From: Candidatus Moraniibacteriota bacterium
GTDB lineage: Bacteria > Patescibacteriota > Minisyncoccia > Moranbacterales > UBA2206
DNA: 39,207 nucleotides
Direction of reading: 5' to 3'
NCBI GenBank assembly: GCA_026396205.1
Contig: JAPLXF010000058.1
Location: forward strand, 1-39,207
The stretch's first letter is position 1; every line of letters begins with the position of its first letter. The notes beneath the pieces are model-generated. The model saw only the letters and a program-made list of their open reading frames with translations, was not told where the DNA came from and did not search any database. The position numbers were made by a program, and so were the translations under genes. This document shows, in pieces, positions 9,212 to 17,490 of this stretch.

Positions 9212-10433
9212 AATTGAACATCTTATCTATCTAATTATTTTTTTCTTGCCGGCGTATCTTTTGCGCTTTTATATCTTTGGAATTCCCACTAATGTTTTAG
9301 AAATATTAATTATTATTCTCGGGGTGGCTTGGCTGGCGGAAATAAAAAATGAAAATTTAAAAAGTTTTTGGCAGGAATACAAAAAAATAATTTTTTCTTT
9401 TTTGATTATAATTTTGGGCTTGCTGGCTTCCACTTTAATTAATAAAAATTATGCAACCGGGTTGGGAATTATCAAGGGCTGGTTTATTATCCCGTTTTTA
9501 TTTTTTTTGATTATCAAAACCGCGCTTCCGGATAAAGAAAAAGCGGTTAAAGCTTTTTATTATTCGGCGCTGGCCGTTTCCATGCTGGGAATAATTTACT
9601 ATGTTGCCGGCCGGCTGACTTTTGATGGCCGATTACAAATTTTTTTCAATTCGCCCAATTATTTGGCGATGTATCTGGCGCCGGCGGTGATAATCGGTGC
9701 GGTCAGATTCAATAAATCCCGCACCTTCTTACAGAATATTAAACTCCGTAGAAAGAACTTGCCTAATCCAATTATCTTCGAGTCAAACCATGAGAATTTC
9801 TGGAAGGTACGGGACAAGAAGCCGGTATTCTTTATTATTTCACTGGGGATTATACTATTAACTTTGTATCTCACTTTTTCCTACGCGGCCTGGGCGGCTT
9901 TATTTATAAGTTTGTTGGTTATTGAAATAGTGAAAGCTAAAAGAAGCTTTTTTCATTCAGGAATATTTAAAAGTACACTGATAATTTTTATTTTATTTTT
10001 ATTTTTGCAATTGGGCGGGAATAAATTCTATGATCTAAAAACACTGGCGGAAAGATCCTCTTTTTCTTCCCGAACAATGATTTGGAAATCGGCCGAAAAA
10101 ATACTTTCCGATAATTGGCTGTGGGGCATCGGGCCGGGCAATTTCCAAAATAGATATCTGGAATACCAACCATATTTCCCGCCTTATCTGGAGTGGGCGG
10201 TTCCCCATCCGCACAATCTTTTTCTTAATTTTTGGCTAAGCGGAGGCCTTTTGGCGCTGCTGGGATTTTTGGCCCTGCTTTATTTTTGGCTGAAAAGAAT
10301 TAAAAAACAAAAAAGCGATGTTTTCTTTTTCATCGCCTTGGGAATTATGCTGGCTATTTTAATTCAAGGGTTGGTGGACACCACTTTTTTCAAAAATGAT
10401 TTGGCCATTATTTTCTGGCTGGCTTTTCTATAA
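9195..10433 (+). CDS. O-antigen ligase/polymerase-like membrane protein (paralog)
   Basis: 412 aa and polytopic. Motifs: ERSSFSSRTMIWKSA, GIGPGNFQ and PHPHNLFLNFWLSGG. It overlaps the previous gene by 17 nt. Confidence 0.7.
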   Translation: MKKRLKIEHLIYLIIFFLPAYLLRFYIFGIPTNVLEILIIILGVAWLAEIKNENLKSFWQEYKKIIFSFLIIILGLLASTLINKNYATGLGIIKGWFIIPFLFFLIIKTALPDKEKAVKAFYYSALAVSMLGIIYYVAGRLTFDGRLQIFFNSPNYLAMYLAPAVIIGAVRFNKSRTFLQNIKLRRKNLPNPIIFESNHENFWKVRDKKPVFFIISLGIILLTLYLTFSYAAWAALFISLLVIEIVKAKRSFFHSGIFKSTLIIFILFLFLQLGGNKFYDLKTLAERSSFSSRTMIWKSAEKILSDNWLWGIGPGNFQNRYLEYQPYFPPYLEWAVPHPHNLFLNFWLSGGLLALLGFLALLYFWLKRIKKQKSDVFFFIALGIMLAILIQGLVDTTFFKNDLAIIFWLAFL

Positions 10434-11561
10434 ACCAATCCGGTAAAGCTTACTGTCGACCTTGTTGACAAAGAAAAGCTGGCTCTCGTCTGTGTTCAGG
10501 AAAAGATTAGCGGCGTCAAACTGACTTTCGATTTTTACCGGGTCAACTATCCTTTCTTTTTCTCCGGTTTTAACATCCGCTTTCCAAAAAGTATCGGTGG
10601 TTTTAAATTTTCCGCTCAAATAATCATTGGGTAAAATCATACCGGCCGGAATGGAAGCCGGCAGGGCGTAAAAAACCGTTTTATTGTCTTTCGACCAAAC
10701 GCATTTGGAAATAAATGTCGGAATGCCCAAACTGCGCAGTTCTCCACCATTACTGTTCATAGCCGAAAGCTGGATTTGCTGGCCGCCTCTTTCATTGGCA
10801 TGGCTGATTAAAACCGTTGATCCGTCCAGACTCCACAAATAATCCGCGCCGAATTTTCCGCCCAAAAGAGTTTTCTTTTCGCCCAATATCGAAGCGGATT
10901 GAAACTTGGTTTCCGTATAAGCATCCGGCTGGTTCCAGAAAGAAAGCAGGCCGGTTTGCGGAATGGGCGCGATGGCGATATCCCTGAATTCAACATCAGT
11001 CACCTTGCTCCAATTGGATCCATCGGGATCGGCGACGCTGATGTCGCGCTTTTTGCTGACCGGATCGTAGTATTTATAAAGAATCTTGGCATCATTCTGC
11101 CAGACAACCGTGTCAATATTATTTTTCAGCGGCACGCCAGTTTTTTCAGCGTAGTCATAATAGAAAAAAGTATTTTTTCCGGCGCCGGAAAATTGGGAAA
11201 TTACCTTGGTTCGGTCGGGCGACCAAAAAATTCCGGACAAGCCGGGCAGATCTTTATCGGAAAGTGTTTTTTTATTGATTCCGTCCAAATCAATTTCATA
11301 AGTTTTTCCATTTGGCGTGTAATATTTGATAGTCTTGTTTCTTTCGTCAAAAACCGGAGCCAAAACCGCTTCGTCGGATACCACCGGAATGCTTTTTTCC
11401 AGTTTTTTGACCTCCGCTACCGGAACTGTTTCCTCCAGTTTGACTGCCGGAACGGCCGGCGGCGCCGGTTTTCGGAAAACCAAAAAATAAATCCCCCAAA
11501 AAATGAGGACGATGGCCAGAAGGGCCGAAGAAAAAATAAAAAGTTTTTTGGATAAAGACAT
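10428..11561 (-). CDS. membrane-anchored beta-propeller protein (PD40/TolB-like repeats)
   Basis: N-terminal TM anchor (LFIFSSALLAIVLIFWGIYFLVF), then recurring blade motifs FWSPDRTKV, LWSLDGSTV and VWSKDNKTV. It lies 21 nt downstream of the pilin gene on the same strand. Confidence 0.6.
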   Translation of the reverse strand: MSLSKKLFIFSSALLAIVLIFWGIYFLVFRKPAPPAVPAVKLEETVPVAEVKKLEKSIPVVSDEAVLAPVFDERNKTIKYYTPNGKTYEIDLDGINKKTLSDKDLPGLSGIFWSPDRTKVISQFSGAGKNTFFYYDYAEKTGVPLKNNIDTVVWQNDAKILYKYYDPVSKKRDISVADPDGSNWSKVTDVEFRDIAIAPIPQTGLLSFWNQPDAYTETKFQSASILGEKKTLLGGKFGADYLWSLDGSTVLISHANERGGQQIQLSAMNSNGGELRSLGIPTFISKCVWSKDNKTVFYALPASIPAGMILPNDYLSGKFKTTDTFWKADVKTGEKERIVDPVKIESQFDAANLFLNTDESQLFFVNKVDSKLYRIGL

Positions 11562-11582
11562 TATTTTCTTATTAAATTATTT

Positions 11583-12452
11583 TTAGTTAAACACAACATG
11601 ATAATGGTCGCTGCCGTCGGTAAAATTGCAGCCGTAATTATATACTGGCGGATTACTGGAGGCGATGCAGGAAATATTCAAGCTTTTGTCAGTAGCGCCT
11701 TGTTTCAAGCAGGTTCCAAGGGCGTCGCTGGTGTTGCGTATGTCTACATTGGGCTTTCCCGGTCCGTGAGAGCTGTGTCCGCCTTCAGTTCCTCCGCTCA
11801 CGATTATAGCTCCGCATTTAGCGGCGACTTTTTTCAATCCATCGATGGCGTTTTGCGGCAATTGGCAAACGGTTGTGCATCCGCTTTGGTTTTGGGAAGA
11901 GCAGGTATTATTTTTTACAGTAACTCCTCCGCCGCTCTCTATTTGCTTCTTGGCGTCCTGATCGCATTTGGCAAATTCGGAATCGGAAACTTGCGGTTCT
12001 GTTCCGGCCGGAATAGGTTTACCCGCTCCGTCAGTTTTTCCTACTCCCACCGGCGTGCCCGCCCCCGTTGTCAGCGGTTTCATTTTAGTCAGATCAGGAT
12101 TGATAAAATAGAGAATAAGCCAAGCGGTTAAGGCCAGAATTAAGCCAATGATAGCGTCAGTAATATATTTCTTGGCTTTTTCCATCCCCGCATTATTACC
12201 GGCCGAAGCTACATACATATACCCTCCGATGATTATCATCGTCATGGCGCAGATAGATACAACCGCGATACCAAACTTGTAAATCGTATTGAGATAAGTA
12301 TAGAAATCCACTCCGGACGCAGAAGATTCCGCTTCATAACCAGGAATTTTTTCCATTGGCTGGTAACTGTAGCTTTGGGCGGAAACTAAAATCGGAGCCG
12401 CAAATAACAGCATAAACGATAATACAAGACACAATTTTCTAATATCTTTCAT
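11583..12452 (-). CDS. VirB2/TrbC-like (CPR T4SS-pilin type) protein with C-terminal Cys-rich domain carrying LAS/M15-like metallopeptidase motifs
   Basis: Signal peptide, then two TM helices with a short loop (FGIAVVSICAMTMIIIGGYMYVASAGNNAGMEKAKKYITDAIIGLILALTAWLILYFINP), the pattern of VirB2-type pilins. A Gly/Pro linker follows, then a 130-aa domain with SGGTEGGHSSHGPGKPNVDI and a terminal DHYH. Confidence 0.6.
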   Translation of the reverse strand: MKDIRKLCLVLSFMLLFAAPILVSAQSYSYQPMEKIPGYEAESSASGVDFYTYLNTIYKFGIAVVSICAMTMIIIGGYMYVASAGNNAGMEKAKKYITDAIIGLILALTAWLILYFINPDLTKMKPLTTGAGTPVGVGKTDGAGKPIPAGTEPQVSDSEFAKCDQDAKKQIESGGGVTVKNNTCSSQNQSGCTTVCQLPQNAIDGLKKVAAKCGAIIVSGGTEGGHSSHGPGKPNVDIRNTSDALGTCLKQGATDKSLNISCIASSNPPVYNYGCNFTDGSDHYHVVFN

Positions 12453-15400
12453 TGGAATATTCTGTAAATGACATTACCAGCCAAGAGGTGAATAAAATTA
12501 AGAGCGTAGTCAGAAAAATACGGAAGAGAAAGGCGAAATAAACGGGAAAGCCGGTGAAAAGAGTAGCCAGAATCTTTTGGCTCTGGGCTTTTATTCCCAC
12601 ATCAGTGGCGGGAGCTGCAATAACTTTGGCTTCAATTTCGCTGCCAATAGGCTTTTCATAAAATTGGTTAAAATCCACATTCCAGTTGTTGGCTAAAAAT
12701 TGCTTGGTGTTATTATCCTGCGAATAAATTCCGCCGAAGCTTATGGCATAAGAATCATTAATTGCTTTGTCAGTGTTGAAGATTAAAGTCGGCGCTTGGG
12801 TTTTTTCATCCACTCCCAATTTCACTCCCAAAGTTTGTTCGGCATAGGATTGCAAAGCTTTGGCAATATCGCTGTCCCCCACGGGAATAGTCATTCCATC
12901 GAAACTCCAAGAGGCTTGGTAGAGATTTTGGATCGGCATATTTACATTGGCCTTCAAGGTTACTGATTTATCAGCTTCCACTTCAAAAGAATCAGTGCTT
13001 TCATCCGGGTATTTTGTTCCATCAATGCCGACGAAAGTTCCCAATTGTTCCGGGTGGCATGAGGCCTTGCTTTCGTCCGCGCAGGCCAGAGAAACTTGCG
13101 GGTCGGTCACTTCAAAAGTGCGGGTCAAGTTGACCTTTTCGCCATCGGCATTGTTGGCAATCAGGGAAACGGAATATTGTTCGCCGGTATTTTTCAGCAC
13201 CGGAAAATAGGCTATATTGGTATTTTCAGAATTGCCCGAACAATTAGTTCCCTCCAAGCAGGGCAAAGGCTTGCCATCAAGAGTCCAAGCCATATCGGTC
13301 ATTTTGTTTTTTGTTTCGTCCACTTTCAGTCCGACAATTTGATTTTTCATCACCGGGCAGACAACGCCTTCAACTTGCGTGCGATCAGCGCATAGCCCAT
13401 TGCCGGTTCCGTCAACCAAGCTGATATTTCCGGAAGCATCAACCGCCGTCGGGAAGACTTTGATTTTTCCTCCGGTGCTGGACACGAGGATGAAAACATC
13501 AGCATTGCCTTCATTGGCTACGCCCTTAAAGATATTTTCTCTGACAGTCAAATGCACTTTCAAATAGAAGTTCCCTTTATAATCGGGAAAATTCAAGGGA
13601 AAACGAATGGAATCCAAACCGAAACCCGAAGTCTGCTTGAGCCCGGGAATTTGTGCTTTAGTCAAAGGCTTTCCGGTTTCCGCTCCGCTGATGTTGCCTT
13701 CCGAGTCAAGGTAGTTGATTTCCCAGTTGTATTTTAGGAAATTTTTGTCTTTGACATTGGAAACGGTGGAATTGATAATCAGTTCATCGCCCTCCGATTG
13801 CAAATAATCGCCTTTATAATCCGTTGAATCATTAATAGGGCTGTCCGGAGTGTAAGAAAGATTAACATCAACTTTGGCCGATTGTCCGCCTTCGGTCGGA
13901 TCAACCAAATTTTTTATTAAACAATCATTAATGTCTTTTTGGGTCATTTCGACAGTGGGAATTTTAACCGGGTAGCCCTTGACAATTATAGATTTTTCTC
14001 CAATCTTATCTTCGGGAACCTTGCAATCATTTTTAGGATAAGCCCACATAATCATTTTTGAGGAATCTTCATATTTGGTCGGCGTGATTCCCACTCCTTC
14101 CACTATCACGCCCACCTTGTCGCCCGCTTGATAAGTCCAAGTGAAAGAATCTTGTCCCAAACCCGCCACATTAGCCTCGTCCTTGTTGCCGTTATCGGCG
14201 GTGCTTGGATCATCCGGATTAGTGCGGAAGAAAAATTCTTCCAATTTATCATAATTATTATTGCCAATTCCAACCAAGCCTATATTCTGCCAGTCGGAGG
14301 CTCCGTTAAGTTTTTCACATAGCGATCCCAGATTCCAATAAGAAGACAGAACGGTGCATAATTTGCCATAATCATTGGCGTTAACTATAACGGGGAACTG
14401 ATGGCCGCAACCGGAAATCCAACCGCTGGTATTTTTTCTGACCATTTCATAATTTGTGCCGGTTCCAAAATCGTGAATATAGCATTTGGGCATTTGGTTA
14501 TAAAGTTTTTCTGCTTCTTTCTCTATCACTTCTCGAACGGCTTTTACCACTTTATCCCGAAATGCTCCCAATCCAGCCGCATTAATATGCAGATAAGGTT
14601 CCTGTAAGTCTAAGGTAAAAACATCTTGCCAATTAGTATTGTCGCGAATCGTATGAACAATTTGCGTAACCCAAGATAATACTTGTCCATCATCAAGCTT
14701 GAGCGCATCGGCAATTTGTGAATTACAGGTAGCAATTATACGGCTAATAAGTTTACTTGTAATCAAGTCTTTAATGGGCGTGGCTTTATCAGTATCAGTT
14801 CCTGCGTCATTTTCTTCGGTAACGGAAGCAATGCAGGTTATCAAATCGGCATATTTTCCCATATCATCCATCACATTGCCCCCTAACTTATTTTTTTGCT
14901 GGTCATCTCCGCCGAAAAAAGCCCTATAGCCATCACTATCCGCAGAAGAAACAGTTGAAAATTTATATTTATTATCCGCAGAACAAAAATCCGGCGGGCT
15001 GTCGACATCGCAAGTGCGCTGGTCTTTAGGCAAAAGCTTGTCATAGTCGTAGTTGCCCTTGCCCATCGCTCTTTTCCAATCGAAACCGTTGCCGGCAATA
15101 ATGCGCGAGGCTTCAATTTTCCATTCATTGGGGACAATTTTTAAATCCCCTCTGTGATTGATGTACCAAGTGTAATAAAGCGCTTTCATGTTCGCATTGC
15201 CGAAATACATCGGAACGGCGTTGGCAGTAATTTTTTCTCCCGGTTTGGGGCTGGCCGGATTAAAAACTATCGTTACCTGCGGAGCATCGGTTTTTTGGCT
15301 GGCGACATTGAAAGTTTCCCCCGCGTTTTGCATACTGATTGGATCAAGATGGTATCTTTGTTCAATTTCAGCGGCCACTTCACTGGGAGAAGGATAGACA

Positions 15401-15564
15401 GAGCCGCCGGAAGATCCCAGCAAAGTAGATCCCTTCACACCAGATCCCGGCATAGATGGAGAGCTTGACATAGATTGCGCCAAAACGGAAGAAAAACTCA
15501 TCATAAAAACTTCCAGTGAAATCAGGGCGGTGAGGGATATTTTTTTGAGGTTTTTAGAACGCAT
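12439..15564 (-). CDS. 1041-aa secreted surface protein with C-terminal membrane anchor (Ig/PKD-like repeats likely)
   Basis: N-terminal signal peptide (LISLEVFMMSFSSVLAQS) and a C-terminal double TM (FPVYFAFLFRIFLTTLLILFTSWLVMSF). Recurrent beta-sandwich-like W-x-x-D-G motifs: YTWYINHRGD, FTWTYQAGD, YNWEINYLD, MAWTLDGKP and ASWSFDGMT. It overlaps the pilin gene by 14 nt. Confidence 0.8.
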   Translation of the reverse strand: MRSKNLKKISLTALISLEVFMMSFSSVLAQSMSSSPSMPGSGVKGSTLLGSSGGSVYPSPSEVAAEIEQRYHLDPISMQNAGETFNVASQKTDAPQVTIVFNPASPKPGEKITANAVPMYFGNANMKALYYTWYINHRGDLKIVPNEWKIEASRIIAGNGFDWKRAMGKGNYDYDKLLPKDQRTCDVDSPPDFCSADNKYKFSTVSSADSDGYRAFFGGDDQQKNKLGGNVMDDMGKYADLITCIASVTEENDAGTDTDKATPIKDLITSKLISRIIATCNSQIADALKLDDGQVLSWVTQIVHTIRDNTNWQDVFTLDLQEPYLHINAAGLGAFRDKVVKAVREVIEKEAEKLYNQMPKCYIHDFGTGTNYEMVRKNTSGWISGCGHQFPVIVNANDYGKLCTVLSSYWNLGSLCEKLNGASDWQNIGLVGIGNNNYDKLEEFFFRTNPDDPSTADNGNKDEANVAGLGQDSFTWTYQAGDKVGVIVEGVGITPTKYEDSSKMIMWAYPKNDCKVPEDKIGEKSIIVKGYPVKIPTVEMTQKDINDCLIKNLVDPTEGGQSAKVDVNLSYTPDSPINDSTDYKGDYLQSEGDELIINSTVSNVKDKNFLKYNWEINYLDSEGNISGAETGKPLTKAQIPGLKQTSGFGLDSIRFPLNFPDYKGNFYLKVHLTVRENIFKGVANEGNADVFILVSSTGGKIKVFPTAVDASGNISLVDGTGNGLCADRTQVEGVVCPVMKNQIVGLKVDETKNKMTDMAWTLDGKPLPCLEGTNCSGNSENTNIAYFPVLKNTGEQYSVSLIANNADGEKVNLTRTFEVTDPQVSLACADESKASCHPEQLGTFVGIDGTKYPDESTDSFEVEADKSVTLKANVNMPIQNLYQASWSFDGMTIPVGDSDIAKALQSYAEQTLGVKLGVDEKTQAPTLIFNTDKAINDSYAISFGGIYSQDNNTKQFLANNWNVDFNQFYEKPIGSEIEAKVIAAPATDVGIKAQSQKILATLFTGFPVYFAFLFRIFLTTLLILFTSWLVMSFTEYSNERY

Positions 15565-15587
15565 TTGTTTTAAAACTATTGTATGTT

Positions 15588-15665
15588 GTCATTCCGGCCT
15601 CCGAGCCGGAATCTAGTTCATCGGCATTAGTTATTTACTGGATTCCGCATCAAGTGCGGAATGAC
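15588..15665. repeat. dual-hairpin MITE-like element (GTCATTCCGG...GGAATGAC family), copy A
   Basis: The sequence is gtcattccggcctccgagccggaatctag...ttactggattccgcatcaagtgcggaatgac. It forms two hairpins and has inverted termini gtcattccg/cggaatgac. It fills the spacer upstream of the 1041-aa gene. Confidence 0.75.
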
Positions 15666-15672
15666 AAAATTA

Positions 15673-16335
15673 CTACCGATACATATGTATTATAACAGCA
15701 TCGGCGATGATAATCGAGAGCCAAGCGGCGATGGGAGCGTAAAGGAGCGAACGGCTTTGGTAGGTAATCCAGCCGGAAGTGAAGGCGGTTATAAGATAAA
15801 GGGCGTTTATCCAATTGAAATTGCCGGTAGCCCAGAGAAAAAGGGCGAAAACGGTAAATTGGAGGAGTGGCGCCAGAATTCCCAGATATTTCCGGAAACT
15901 GAACATTATAAATCCGCGGAAAAACATTTCGTAAAGGAAAATATAAATGCCGACCAGTAAAATTTCATAGAGAGCGAAATAAAAAAAATTGGCGGAAAAA
16001 GGAACGGTATAGGCTTTGGAAAAATTGGTGTAAAAAATCAATAAATAAACGGCGGCTAAAGTAGCTATCAACGATAATATTCCCCACAAAACGCCTTTTT
16101 TCCAATTCCCCATTTGCCAGCCGTAATCTTGAAAATCACGGCGCAGATTAAATTTAATATAAAGAACGGGAATCAGCAGGAAAAAAACAAAGATGACTGT
16201 AGCTGTTTGGGCGAAACCTTTGACGGGAAAAAGGAAAAAAAGCGCCAGACAAATCAGAATTACTAATGAAGTAATGGCAATTTCTTTGGCTTCGCTGTTT
16301 TTTAGAGATAATTTTTTCAGATATCTTTTATTCAT
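15673..16335 (-). CDS. CPBP (CAAX protease/Abi)-like polytopic membrane protein, catalytic motifs degenerate
   Basis: About 7 TM segments. It has the CPBP-type motif FLYEMFFRGF (first Glu replaced by Tyr), but I cannot find the FxxxH and HxxxN motifs. The preferred start is ATG 16335 (MNKRYLKK), with AAGGAG 9 nt upstream. The ORF-track start at 16353 is TTG. Confidence 0.5.
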   Translation of the reverse strand: MNKRYLKKLSLKNSEAKEIAITSLVILICLALFFLFPVKGFAQTATVIFVFFLLIPVLYIKFNLRRDFQDYGWQMGNWKKGVLWGILSLIATLAAVYLLIFYTNFSKAYTVPFSANFFYFALYEILLVGIYIFLYEMFFRGFIMFSFRKYLGILAPLLQFTVFALFLWATGNFNWINALYLITAFTSGWITYQSRSLLYAPIAAWLSIIIADAVIIHMYR

Positions 16336-16882
16336 AAGCATATTCTCCTTCAAATCCTTCTTCTTCAGTTTCGGCAGCCGATTCTTGCGGCGCTTGGCTT
16401 CTTTCCCAAAGCACCATCAAATAAATTAAAACAACAACTACAGTTTGCAGTGGAAGCCCATTGACTCCGTAAAAAAAACTTTCCACAACCACGCCGCTGA
16501 TATTGGTGAGAGTTCTTAAAACAGTCATAACTAACTTTTTTTTGCCTCGACCGCCGAGAAGAGTGGTAAAAATCCAGATAGTCAGCGCAGTGCACCAGCT
16601 TATAATTGACATAACGGCCATACCGATAGCCGGTATTGGCAAAGTTATAACCAAATCCAGCAAATCTTTAATCATAGCCAGAAAAAAAGGAATCAGAAAA
16701 AGAATGTCGGTCAGTTCCATTTGCTTGATTAAAGAATAAGCAAATTTCACCGGATTTTTCAAGGCCGAAAAAGTCGATTTAGCCGGACTCTCCGGCTTTT
16801 TTTCACCTGCCTTATCTTTCTCGCCTTCTTTATCATTATCTCGGGAATCTTCCAGATTTTGTTTGTTTTGTTCCTCTGTCAT
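16328..16882 (-). CDS. hypothetical membrane protein (acidic N-terminal tail, 3-4 TM)
   Basis: 184 aa. The N-terminus is low-complexity and charged (EEQNKQNLEDSRDNDKEGEKDKAGEKKPE). Hydrophobic helices follow, then an acidic C-terminus. It overlaps the next gene (ATGAATAA). Confidence 0.7.
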   Translation of the reverse strand: MTEEQNKQNLEDSRDNDKEGEKDKAGEKKPESPAKSTFSALKNPVKFAYSLIKQMELTDILFLIPFFLAMIKDLLDLVITLPIPAIGMAVMSIISWCTALTIWIFTTLLGGRGKKKLVMTVLRTLTNISGVVVESFFYGVNGLPLQTVVVVLIYLMVLWERSQAPQESAAETEEEGFEGEYAYE

Positions 16883-16985
16883 CCCGGTAGTAGTCCCGCC
16901 TTTGTTAAAATAAAGCGGGATAAAGCTATGAATTATTAATTTAGTATCCTGTAGTATCAGATTTATAACGGCGGGACACTACGGG
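16883..16985 (-). promoter_or_regulatory. long-range inverted repeat abutting the start codon of the 184-aa gene
   Basis: cccggtagtagtcccgcc (16883..16900) pairs with ggcgggacactacggg (16970..16985): 8+5+3 bp with two bulges and a 69-nt loop. The proximal arm begins 1 nt from the ATG at 16882. Confidence 0.45.
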
Positions 16986-17003
16986 ACAAGTCCCTTTTGA
17001 ATT

Positions 17004-17082
17004 GTCATTCCGGCCCCAGAGCCGGAATCTAGTCTACAAACCAGAGTTTATTTACTGGATCCCGGATCAAGTCCGGGATGAC
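17004..17082. repeat. dual-hairpin MITE-like element, copy B
   Basis: The sequence is gtcattccggccccagagccggaatctag...tttactggatcccggatcaagtccgggatgac. It lies in the spacer downstream of virB4. The ORF-track entry 17002..17283 (SFRPQSRNL..WIPDQVRDD) is its translation artefact. Confidence 0.75.
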
Positions 17083-17097
17083 CCCGCCGTGGCAGGG

Positions 17098-17490
17098 TCA
17101 TTTTTTCTCTTCCTCTTTTTCTTCCATTTCATCCAATTCTTTTTTGGCGTTTTCAATTTCCAAAAGCTGGGCCGGGTCGGTGGTGATTATCTGGTCTTCC
17201 GAATAGGAAGCAATGACTTTAATAGCCACATGTTTGGTGCCGGCAAAGAAAATGCCTTCCCCCACGTTGCTTTCCAGCAGTAAAAACTTTTCTTGGTCAG
17301 TCAAATAAAATGTTTCCGCAACCACATCAATGGCGGCCGGCGATTGTTTGAGCAGTAATTGTATAGACGAATTGGTAACAATCGGTTTGCCGTAGCGGGA
17401 AGCCAAAAAGTCGTTGATATCTTGCGTAATAGTCGTCAGGCCGGTGTAATATTTCCGGCAGCGTTTGGCAATGCCGAACATAAACCACAT
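17098..17490 (-). CDS. VirB4 segment 4 (C-terminal motifs)
   Basis: Reads FGIAKRCRKYYTGLTTITQDINDFL...SIQLLLKQ, which matches the conserved RK(Y)..g....TQ...D region of VirB4/TraC ATPases. Confidence 0.8.
   Translation of the reverse strand: MWFMFGIAKRCRKYYTGLTTITQDINDFLASRYGKPIVTNSSIQLLLKQSPAAIDVVAETFYLTDQEKFLLLESNVGEGIFFAGTKHVAIKVIASYSEDQIITTDPAQLLEIENAKKELDEMEEKEEEKK

Noticed and set aside
9717-9814. Inverted repeat tcccgcaccttc / gaaggtacggga inside the second O-antigen-ligase-like gene, as a possible in-frame repeat insertion.
   Set aside because: It is only an 11/12 match. With my boundaries the length is not a multiple of three. Without orthologue alignment I cannot show that the encoded loop (..RTFLQNIKLRRKNLPNPIIFESNHENFWKVRDKK..) is an insertion.
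17002-17283. ORFs 17002..17283 and 24033..24389, which share the peptide WIPDQVRDD.
   Set aside because: The shared peptide is a translation of the MITE-like repeat. The remainder overlaps real genes on the other strand.
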